This document shows positions 53,672 to 64,000 of a stretch of 64,000 nt of DNA, piece by piece. The first letter of the stretch is position 1; each line of letters starts with the position of its first letter. The DNA is from Laetmonice hystrix. Its lineage: Eukaryota. The DNA lies in assembly GCA_965235115.1 (NCBI GenBank), contig OZ249436.1, forward strand, positions 41,666,001 through 41,730,000, read 5' to 3'. The notes under the pieces are model-generated. The model ran no database searches, was not told where the DNA came from, and saw only the letters and a list, made by a program, of their open reading frames with translations. The position numbers and the translations under genes were made by a program.

Positions 53672-54647
53672 CCGGCACCCATGATGGCTTCACCTTTCTG
53701 GATGAGTTTCGTCATGTTTCGATGTGCCCTTCTGGAGACGAATACTTCTTCTTAGTTGTGGGTTTGCGTTTAGGGTCTTTGTGTCGCTGACCTTCCATTG
53801 TGTTTTTTTTTGGTAGCGATGACAGTTTCATGTCCAGATGTGTCAGAGCGGGTGTAAAGTCCCGTGGTTATACCCTACAAAGTATTAATTTGAAGTTTTG
53901 TTGGTCTTCAAGGGGCATTCTGAGTTATTAAGGGAACAATATTACTGTCATTATTTTCACCTTCTTTGTTATGGATCACAAATAAATACATGTATCAACA
54001 GAAGATAGTGTCTTTTGGAATGGTGAACTCAAGTTACCGGACAAAACTTTTGTCCAATATGTAGCTGTTGTTACTTTGGGTGCTGAATATTATAGAGATG
54101 CTCACTTGATTTGAATATCTTTATTGTAGCCACGATGTTACAAGGCTGATGGTCATACACGGACTGCCCTGTATATCCTCCCACCGACTGACTATAACCA
54201 GGGGTGCAGGGTGGGGCTGTGGTTCCCCCTGTACACACGCGACTTTTACTGCCATAGGCAAATCTTTAAATGTAATCGACAGAGTATATATTCTTTTAAA
54301 GTTATAATGGGTGATCATGTGTATAGACTGCCTGCTTTAGTGTTCAGATATGTGCACATACACATGTAGGCCTATAGACAGACGACCTCTTAAGCCGGTC
54401 GTACACATAGCTTACCGACCCTACTCAACCTTCACCCAACTGTTTTTTTTTAATGCGTTGAACACCCCCCCCCCCCCCATTCAGAACCATTCCGGAACAG
54501 TTGAATCGAGTCTGGTTCAGCGAGGCGGTATAAAGGATTTCAATATACCAACTGAGTTTTATTTACCACTAGCATTTTATTTCATCTATGGTCAGCGACA
54601 TGTTATACAGTTTGTCGTTTCTATAGACGTGGTACGCCACGAAATTA

Positions 54648-57600
54648 TCAGATTACAACATCAGTCAGGGAACTAGCGTCAGACGCGTTTAGAATGCTGT
54701 CATCTCGCAAAAGCTCTTCAGGCAAACTTCCTTTTAACCCATCCCGTCCAATCAACCAGTACGTGTCCATATGTCCTTTACCCTGAAAAACAACAAAATA
54801 TTGAATGTATGTATTGGCGTTTTGGACACGTATACATATAACGTGTACATATAATGCATGTATTGAAAACGGCATTCTGTAAATTGCATGTTGACACATT
54901 ACAATAGGCCTTTAATAACTAGTGACCATGTTACTTCTAATAGGCTCATGTGGCTGAATCGGGGAAGGGGGTGGGGGTAGGCTACTAAGGGTTGTGAACC
55001 CCCTTTTACTTCCCTGTTTATTTATATCTTTACGAGAAGGACATAATTAGCCTAATAGGACTGACAGGGATGTACCTTTATGTCAACGATACCGCGCTTT
55101 CTGACCTTGTAACCACCCATGGCATCTAACAGCTTCTTGGAATCTTTGGTCATGTGTATCTTCATGGGTTTCGAGTTACTCTCCATTCGTGAGGCCGTAT
55201 TGACGGTGTCGCCGAACAGACAATACCTGGGCATCTTCATCCCAACCACCCCAGCAACCACCGGCCCGCTGTGCAGGCCAACCCTGATACGTAAGCGGTC
55301 GTTTGGACGATGGCGCATCTTGAATTTGTGTGCCGCGATGGCCAAGTCAAGGGCCATGTTAGCAATATGGGCGACGTGCATAGTACCATTACGCTGAGGC
55401 AGCCCGGAAATACACATGTAGGCATCACCAATGGTCTCGACCTGCGGAGAAAACGGTTCACATTATAGCAAGGTCTGTTACTGTGTGCACTCTTTAGACC
55501 TGATTGAATGTCAGGTAAAAAAAGGAAGAATCATGGAAGCTAACAGGGTGAAGACCTGCAGGCTAAGTCGCTGCTATGACAGTAATGATTCTTATTGTTG
55601 ACAAAACTGTACTCATCTTCAATTGCAATTCGCATCCAAAATTATGGCGGTATATGGCGCTCCTACCTTATAGACATCATGTTGATCAATGATGTCATCG
55701 AAAGCTGTGTACAGGTCATTGAGAAGGTCGACAATTTCTAATGGCGAGGATTCCGCGGCAATCGTGGTGAAGGAGACGATATCTGAGAAATAGACTGTAA
55801 CCGAGTCAAAGGACTCTGGTAGCACAGTTTGACCTTTGGAGAGGGCGTCGGCCACAGACGGTGGGAGGATCTTATGGAGTAGTGTTTCCATGCTCTTCAT
55901 GGCTGTGTTCAACTCAGTGGTTCTTTCTGATACTTTCTCTTCCAGGTGCAGAACGTACTCTTCCATAGCCTCCATCATGCAGTCCATGACGCCCTTTTTG
56001 GTTGGGTTTGCCTTCTTCAGTGACTTTTCCACGGCGCTGAAGTTTGGCCTCGAGTTTGGAATTGAATCCCAGCATTCTGTAATCAGTCCTATCAGTGCAT
56101 TTGGGACGTCGTCTTTTATTTCAGGGCGGACACCGGACAGTCGGATGGCTGAAATAATGTCTTTTGGTTCTTTGTTTAGAAGGTAACTGTCGAATGGATG
56201 GTTTCTGGAGAAAACCTCTACCAAGGACACCCCGAAGCTGTAGACATCTGATGCTTTTGTTGGGAAGATATTCCTATCAAGGAGTAATTCAGGTGCAGTC
56301 CAAAATTGGTGGTTGGCAGTTACATTTTTGTCATTTAAGGCTATGTTGTCATCCATAAACTGAGCATGAACAGTTGGTAAAGGTCGATTCTGGTGGACTG
56401 CTATCAGTAAAAACTCCCAGTTAGCCACTTTGACGTTCCATCGGGAGTCAATGTAACAAGTAGCAGTGCTGAGGTAGCCGTGTATGACTCCCAATTTGTG
56501 TAAGTATGTCATTCCTGCCGCAATATCCATCGAAATGGAAAACTTGAAGTTAGTATCCAGGTTATACTTTTCGTTGTATAGAACATCTTGTAAGGTGCCT
56601 TTCTGGCAGAACCCAGTGATCACATAACTTTGTGAGATTCGGGTCAAGCCATAGAACCTTACCACGTTGATGTGATTCACTGATTCTTGGAACCAAATGA
56701 GGGTTTTCTGTGTTCTGCGACGGAGCACGTTTAGTTCAGGAACAATTAATATTGGCGTCATCATAACGATTTTACCGTTTAACCGGCCAAGTCGTACGGT
56801 TGTTTTGGACTCGACACTGAACAATGACTCCTTTCCAACAGAATGAGTTGCCTCGCTTGCCAATGATATTCCTGAACGCATGTTGTTGTCCCCCCCTCGA
56901 ATCAGCTGGATTCTATTATCTGGGATGCGCCAATCCTGTCTGAATATGGCTCTATTGATGGAGAACTGCTGATAGACGATGTAAGTTGTCAGGATCAACA
57001 AAACAAACGCTGTAATAGGTACGCCGACGTAAACCGGTGTGCGCCATGTTTCTAAAGCGCGGGATTCTGCCAGCTTTTCTTCCTGAACAACTATGGTGAC
57101 CATCTTCCTTTCTGCTCCACACGTCATCTTGTTTAGCACTCGATCGAAAATCAGGTCTGTCACTGATTTGCTTAGAGGTACCATCTTTTTGGATATACAA
57201 ATTTCAGTCGCTGTCTCGTCTAATAAAAACCATTCCACGTATCTGTAAAGCGCAGCGGCTGAATCACAGCTTTTCATTTGGGTGTGGATAACTATGTACG
57301 TGTACTGAGAAATAGGATAGCTCAACTTCCCTGTGGGGTCCGCCAGATACATTGCCAATTCTTCGTCAAAGAGGTGAGCAAAATTGTCCATGGCATGTTG
57401 AACAGTCGTCACGTTCGCTTCCACCTCATACCCGTCTTTGTTGAAAAGTGAAGCTATTTGAACACCCGTGTCGTGAGCATCTCCAACAGAGAGGTAACCA
57501 ACACAGTAGTGTAGCGAGAGAAGAATACCCGCCATGCCCCTGGTACTTTGACCATAGTACCGAATCACATTACGGTCCCAAGGAAGTTGGTCCTCCTTCA

Positions 57601-58503
57601 CAGCTGGACTGAACACGCCGAACCTTCTGGCCCAATCAGGACTAAAGGCTGAGAGGGCCTTTGTGAAGATATGGGTTGACCCCGACTTGTCTCGCCTTGC
57701 CAAAACGCATATTGGTTGGTCAGGTAGGACCACGTCAGGATTAATGACAGTAAGATCGGTGTCGTTCCACCAACGTATAGAACCGTTGTAAATACCTGCC
57801 AGATTTTCGCCCGTCAACCTCAATTTGTTCACTCCGGGTAGGTTGTATCCGAGCACGATTGCCCTATAAATAAAATTTTAAGAAAAAAAGAGATCAGATT
57901 TGAGAAACCTATAGACAGTAGATCTATAAGAAAAGAATGAGAAGAACGAGATAGAAAGAGCATGTCGTATAGGCCTACTGGGAGCTACGAAACGTACCCT
58001 GCCATTGTGGGAAATATTTTTAAGTCGGGGTATTTCTTATAGTCGCTATCTGAGAGAGCAATGTCCGTCCCAGCATACTCCACGGGATGCCCCCGGAACT
58101 CTTTGATTCTGTTCTTTCCGTTGTTACTACCGATCACATCGTAAGACATGTTTATTGAGATAGGGCTTCGCAAAAGCTGTAAATAGGAAAGAAAGGTTAA
58201 AAATTACACACCAAGTTTTGGAATTCAGTTGAAGCTTTACGCCTCAGTAACAGCAAGGTCATATCTTTGAGATCAGGTTTATTGCATGGCAACGTAAAAA
58301 TGGAATATCCGAAAACCCATGGACATTGAAGCGAGTATAGCTCCGACACCTTCCACACTCACCTTGTAGCGAGGGATCCAGATCTTGTAGACGGTCAGTG
58401 GGAAGGAGGCCCCAGCTCCACGGAGCTGAACGGTGACGCCCGTGCATACTGCTGGGATTGCCAACAAGGTTAAGAGAAGGCGTAACCCGTCCAGTAACCG
58501 CAT
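54648..58503 (-). CDS. Receptor-type guanylyl cyclase with a PstS-like phosphate-binding ectodomain, ~1005 aa
   Basis: Exons 58363-58503, 57998-58176, 55667-57863, 55076-55441, 54648-54782 (3018 nt in frame). Domains: signal peptide; PstS motifs [50 protein letters not shown]; pseudokinase (HGYL, WTAPELL, DVYSFG); coiled coil LEEKVSERT; cyclase [37 protein letters not shown]. Confidence 0.93.
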
Positions 58504-58959
58504 CTGTCTTTCAGGGAATTAATTAAGGCCAGACTTATTGGAAAGTTCGGTTTACGAAAACCTTTGTAAAGAAAACAAAGTCAGCGTTTTACTAAAATAA
58601 AGGATGTCACTAATATACTATGGAAACTGTCACTGGCATTTGCTGTGATGTGGTGTTTTATTAAAGTCCCTGCGGGGGGGGGGGGGGAGGTTGTGTATGT
58701 TTTGTGTGAACGTTTCAAGCAGGAAAAAAGGAGAAATTACATGTTGTACTTCCTAACGGGGGGTTGCAACCCCAGCAAACCCCCCTTAAATTCGCCAATG
58801 CCTTGTCTTTTTTTCTGTGCATGTTGCTAAAAAGTGCCCCCCCCCCCCAATGCCGACAACCGTCCAAATAAAATTCTAACTTAATTTCAATGTCCATACC
58901 TCTATTTCTTAAAGATCGTCGCTGTTATCTTACTCACACGTGACAGACAGCTAACTCAC

Positions 58960-59150
58960 CTTGGTTATTGGTGCTGGGTCTAACCGTCTCTTCACCGAAT
59001 CAGGGTTATCAATCAAGAGAAACTACCTGGCTAGATAACTCCCATAAAAACCACACCGCGACCAGTTACATCGACCAGATCGAAAAATGAACTGAAACTG
59101 TCGCTGGCTCGTTCAAAAAATTACGTTCGTCCATGAATGGTGCTTTATAT
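58960..59150 (-). promoter_or_regulatory. Probable TATA promoter and 5'UTR exon of the guanylyl cyclase gene
   Basis: TATAAA on minus at 59144-59149 and a CAAG|GTGAGT donor at ~58960. Confidence 0.4.
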
Positions 59151-60135
59151 GAGCGCGGTCTGTGCAACACGGTAAGGTCGATCGATGTTATAACTTGACA
59201 GGTGTCATTCTACACAACGAAATAAAAGGAAAACCCAGGCTTTGTGCATGCTCCATCAAGGCTAAAGATAATTGATTTTAACAGAATTATTAACTATTGC
59301 GCCAAAACTATAAGGAGAGTTAGAAAGAGTCACCGCGCCCATTCGCCTGGCCTTCACAATCCAGCGAAGTCAAAGAGATTTGATGATCCTTGACCTGCGC
59401 CAAGTACGGCAACGAACAGATTCAATTGGTTCCATTAATCAATGCTTCATAAATGTATTGAAATCTAAACAATAGTCAAAATCGAACCTGTATATTTGCG
59501 CTTTTGAACCATCCAGTTCTCTATGGGCGAGTCCTTCGCAGTTCCCGCTTCTTTTGTACCGTAAAGATTCGTCCGTTTCTGCATGGGCTTTACAAACATC
59601 ATAGAAGAGCATAGGGTGGCTCTGATATAGGGGGCCTATATACACTGGGTTTAATTGTTACTATAATGCTCAAGGTTATCGGATTGTTATATTCACGCTG
59701 CGATAAAAAAAACCTTCAAATATTTAGCGAGTTTAAACAACACGCACCCCAGTACGCTAAAGATTCCATAGATCCATACTGCCGTGAAATGACAAGAGGA
59801 AGCAAGTCCAAAAGTTCAAGTTTCGAGAAATGGACATAAACAAGTTGTCTCTACAGTGCAGTTGGATGGACATGCTGCCTTCTGTCATGTGACTGGCTTC
59901 ATAGAAGGATGTTTAGCAGAAATACACCCATTGATAGATAGGACTTACTTCCCTGAATCCAAATTTACACTTAAGTCGATTTTGATGAAAGTTAGTAAAG
60001 TTGGACTTGCTTCCTTTTGTCATTGCACAGGCCTACTGCGCGTGTGTGACAGGCCTGTACGCGGGCCTAGTCAAGTTTGGGGAGTTGTTCCCGCTTTTCA
60101 GGAAAGATACGAATACAGCACAGATAAAACAACAG

Positions 60136-60523
60136 TTTAGGGCCCCCCCCCCCCCCAAAAAAAAAAAAAATTCCCGGTTTCTGGTCCGCGCGCGCGTCAC
60201 TTCAGATGCCGCGCATCAGTGTTTTTTTTCTGGCCCACACCTTTGATTACTGTGAATTGTGCTGCCTCCTAGTGGTACGGCTTGAAACTAACCATTGTAA
60301 TGGATCCATATTTCATTAACACTGCAACAGAAGTGTGTTGTATGCAAAGCGATGATGGTCCTTGTTTATGAGGTCATTTTACATTATAATTCTTATTAGG
60401 CTTACCATTTTAGCCAGCTGTCACCAAAAAAAGATCTTTAAAAATAAAAAAAAACGCGTCACCGCACCACTTTTAAAATGTTTTTCGGACCAGAAACCGG
60501 GAATTTTTTTTTTTTGCCTTAAA
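60136..60523. mobile_element. MITE with long TIRs
   Basis: A-run+TTCCCGGTTTCTGGTCCG (~60157-60188) and CGGACCAGAAACCGGGAA+T-run+GCCTTAAA (60486-60523). TTAA-like termini. Confidence 0.7.
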
Positions 60524-60589
60524 CGTTATAACGTCACATTTTCACCGTTGAACACTCTTAATATACCACAACACCATATCTAGCAACCA

Positions 60590-60775
60590 CGTTTGTCATT
60601 TTACCACTTTTGTCACAGGTCACCACTGTTGTCACACAAAATGCCCACTTTTGTCACACAAAATGCCAACTTTTGTCACAGGTCACCACTTTTGTCACAC
60701 TTTTTTGACCAGTTTTGTCAAACTTGTCAAGGCCACGACTTTTGTCATGCACCACTTTGCCCACTTTTGTCATAC
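60590..60775. repeat. Degenerate short-unit repeat (CCACTTTTGTCA)
   Basis: About ten imperfect TTTTGTCA(C)-containing units. Confidence 0.7.
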
Positions 60776-62603
60776 CGAACATTTCTCCCTAAAAACCTAG
60801 TTTTCGACTTAAAAATCTCCTCCTCCTTTTTACCTTACGTTTTTGTGAATGTCAAAAATACGATTTGTCAACTTGGCACACTTTAGAATAAGTCTGTAGT
60901 CTTCATGAATATTAGGGGCTATAGGACCTGGCATCGTCGTTATAGACTCACCACCAACGTAGACTTTCTCGCGATATGCCCGATAGCATAAGCTTTTGCC
61001 TTGCCCAGTTCGCTGATACACAAAGGTGTCCTTCTTTACTCGGGATGTTTCTATTGGCTAACCAGAAATGCAAGCTAATTATATGAATCGCGCCTCAGGC
61101 ACTGCTGTCTGTGCTTGGTTCCTGCGTACTACCGCACGAAGAATTATTAGGTCGAAAGCAGATGGCGCTGTGATATTTTCTCCGGTGAAAAAAGCCGTGA
61201 GGGGATCACTTTTAGCGGTTCACCCCCGAGCGCGGCAGGATGAAACTCTCCAGGGCGAGGCCCCACATTTACATTTCTACTGGTCCTGTGAGTGTCCGTC
61301 CACGTCATCCTCAATACACGGGTCCCAGAGCGTATCCAGTTGGGGAGAGGGGAGGGCTCAAAACTGAGAGGGAGTCATGGGAGATAGGGGGCCTAGTCGG
61401 ACCTGGATTGTCAACTGTCCCTTAATGTCAAATTATGTGGACCTGTTACTTGTTTGCTCATGATCAACATGTACAGTTGGTGAAAAGTTGTATAACTACC
61501 GTTAAATGCCCATAGAATTTCTACACTTTCACTATCCGAGTCTTTAGCAAAGTAAACCGGAAATGGCTCGATCGTTAGGATTGAGGTGTCACTATGCACT
61601 GATTGGGCAGTGTGGTCTCTCTCATTTTTATTACACTCTTTGATGGGATGGGAGCTGTGTATACCCGGTATTTGTATAAACTGTGATGTCGCCATACAGT
61701 ATTACAGTAAGTAACGTTTACCCTTCTGCTGATTTTTGCAAATTTATTCAGCAACTTGTCTGTTTCTCTTCACCTCTCTGTCTCTCTATCTGTGTCTCTG
61801 TCTGGTCGTCTGTCCCTCTCTGCCTCTCTCTGAAAATAGGGGCCCCGGACCGCCTCCCCCCCCCCCCCCCACAATCTGCCACTGCACAGTAAACCCACTG
61901 TCTCTGGTCCGCGGAAGTTATGGTCGCGAGGGCAATAAACCCAGATGTGGGTTATAGTAATTTTTGAACCGGTCGCCAGTAGCTCTACAGTACGCAGCTC
62001 GCGCGGACCAGAGACAGTCGGTTTCATGACTTAAAGGGTCACTGTGCAGCGATTTGGGTGTGTAGAATCTTGTTGTTTCCCTTTTTCTTTCACTCCTGTA
62101 AATAAAAATGTCAATAAACATATATAAAAAAAAGAAAAAAGAGTCCATATCAATACATCTTGCAACGCTAATTTCCGCACAGTTCCACCCCGAGTACCCA
62201 CCCTGGGTGCCCACCTGGGTGCCTCCCCCCCCCCCCGTTGGCTGAAACCCTCGATCTGTTACTGCCGTGTCAAGTGTTATTCAATAATACTCTAAGAAAA
62301 GAGCGCCACTGGCCCATTGAGCTGGTGTTACGTCACATAACGTTAGCTAGCTGGTTCTGAAAGTGACCTCACCTTATATACAATTATACCTAATTATTCA
62401 TTGCTTCATTAATCCGTGCACCTTACAACCCGAACACAATAGTATAGAACCCAGTACTTCTACCATTGAAATGATCCGGTGAGAGGCATTGACATGTCTT
62501 TTATCACAAGTTCACCTCAGTCCTAAAAAGAGTAGTTGTACAATTGTTGGGAAGCTTTCAATGCCACATATTTCAAGATTGTAATGCAATTACAATTATC
62601 CTC

Positions 62604-63854
62604 TCATCTCCACATATACACCCGTTTGTCTTTAAGGAAATTTCGCACCATATCCATGGTATCATCGGTAGTAGAACAAATCAACTGGCAGATATCCTTA
62701 TGATATTTGTAGGCAATCTTGCAAGTCTTTCCAGAATTGCGTCTCACTGATTCACATTCGGCTTTATTTTGAACGTAATAAGACAGCGTTTGAAAGGAGA
62801 ATCCTGGAACGCGCATCAAAGCGCAGTCGAGGACATCGATCCTGAACTGGGCGTTCCAGTGAGATCCCGGAATCACCAGAGGTGCGATTTCTCCCTCGAG
62901 CTCTGTGATCGTTTCCGTGTGCCCTTTTAGTCTTTCGTGTATATATGTGCAGTAAGTGAAGGTTTTCTTCAGAATGTACCTGAAATGTGCGACCTCCTCA
63001 TAGAACCGTGGTCCCGCCTTGTGAAGAGCTCTCCAGAAACTTTGGTTGAAATACTCATAGAGCGGACAGTCTGAGGTCGACCACGAACATACCAGTTCGC
63101 GAAGAGTCTTGTTTGTCTTGTCAACGGAGCCGGTATACGGTGTCAACCGCAAAGGAACATATATTATATCTTGTAAAGTCCAACAAAGTTTTCGCCTTAT
63201 GAGGATGAGCGATTCATCGTAATATTCATTCAGTCCGATAACAAAATCTCGATCAATGTCCACTAAAGAATTATTAAACTTCGCACCAATCAGCAATTGG
63301 TCTGTCATTGAATTCCTTACAACTTTTGCACGACCAGCAGTCTGGGGGTGTCGATGTATTTTTTCAAAGAAATCTTTCAGGATATCTGGCTCCTTAAGTC
63401 CTAGTAACCTGTCGAATCCCTTTGCATACAGATAAGACCGTACCAGAGTATGGGGATGACGTAAGAATGTGACATTTGAATGTGGAGATACCAAAATTTT
63501 GTAGATGTCCTGTTTGCTATAATAGCTATGCTCTCCATGCATGTTATACTTCCTACTTTTTCCAACGGTGAACTTAGGAATGAGAGACCTCACGAAAGAT
63601 TGGGGCCCGCGATTGTAAGGCGCACTTGAGTATGTAGCCATTCGTAAATGTCGTCTGAGAGCAATTCGGTTCATAATATTGAACATTGTTGTCGATCCAG
63701 TTTTGTGCATCTTGAGGAAATAAAGATTGTCCTGGCGACGACAGGTAGCCTGTTGGAATTCAGAGTGAAGTTGAAAAGGAAGGGTTAGAGAAGACCAAAT
63801 TTTCTTCTTTTGTAAGATTCCGAGAAAGGCAATGAATGTCATAGCTACAAACAT
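62604..63854 (-). CDS. Galactose-3-O-sulfotransferase family protein (type II Golgi membrane)
   Basis: N-terminal hydrophobic anchor, 5'-PSB motif FLKMHKTGSTT, 3'-PB motif FLRHP...RSY, and EYYDESLILIRRKLCWTLQDIIY. An in-frame acceptor at 63869 means an upstream exon may lie outside the window. Confidence 0.88.
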   Translation of the reverse strand: MFVAMTFIAFLGILQKKKIWSSLTLPFQLHSEFQQATCRRQDNLYFLKMHKTGSTTMFNIMNRIALRRHLRMATYSSAPYNRGPQSFVRSLIPKFTVGKSRKYNMHGEHSYYSKQDIYKILVSPHSNVTFLRHPHTLVRSYLYAKGFDRLLGLKEPDILKDFFEKIHRHPQTAGRAKVVRNSMTDQLLIGAKFNNSLVDIDRDFVIGLNEYYDESLILIRRKLCWTLQDIIYVPLRLTPYTGSVDKTNKTLRELVCSWSTSDCPLYEYFNQSFWRALHKAGPRFYEEVAHFRYILKKTFTYCTYIHERLKGHTETITELEGEIAPLVIPGSHWNAQFRIDVLDCALMRVPGFSFQTLSYYVQNKAECESVRRNSGKTCKIAYKYHKDICQLICSTTDDTMDMVRNFLKDKRVYMWR

Positions 63855-64000
63855 CCATCTGCAGATTCTCTGAAACGGAAAAGCGTTTTTAAGATAGCAA
63901 AGTTATTATTAATGGTATTCTTTTTACATGTACGCCTATAGGCCTACATACATGTTTTACAGATTTGTAACAGGACTGGGAATGATTCGGAGCCGAATAA

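Noticed and set aside
55119..56358. Plus-strand ORFs over the cyclase gene
   Set aside because: Antisense shadows of coding exons with no recognisable motifs.
55667..58503. Bacterial contamination as the source of the pstS-like sequence
   Set aside because: The domain contains spliceosomal introns and shares an exon with animal-type kinase-homology and cyclase domains.

Overview
Intron-rich animal genomic DNA, most like a bilaterian invertebrate (taxon inferred, not established). Host genes: hnRNP F/H (minus, 3' end off-window) head-to-head with MOB1 (plus); MICU1 (minus) head-to-head with PCNA (plus); a single-pass receptor guanylyl cyclase (minus) whose ectodomain is a bacterial-type PstS phosphate-binding protein; and a galactose-3-O-sulfotransferase-like gene (minus). 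A complete DIRS1-type tyrosine-recombinase retrotransposon occupies 46424-53018, with matching ITRs, an ICR, and intact gag, RT/RNaseH/methyltransferase and YR ORFs. Many MITEs (some nested) and tandem repeats sit in introns and spacers. Highlights: (1) the PstS-guanylyl cyclase fusion, a candidate animal extracellular phosphate receptor; (2) a cluster of in-frame candidate microexons in MICU1; (3) a G-run-flanked 139-nt hnRNP H exon matching the vertebrate autoregulatory exon; (4) a duplicated in-frame 3' splice site in PCNA. Exon boundaries were read by eye from GT/AG signals and protein homology; there is no transcript evidence.
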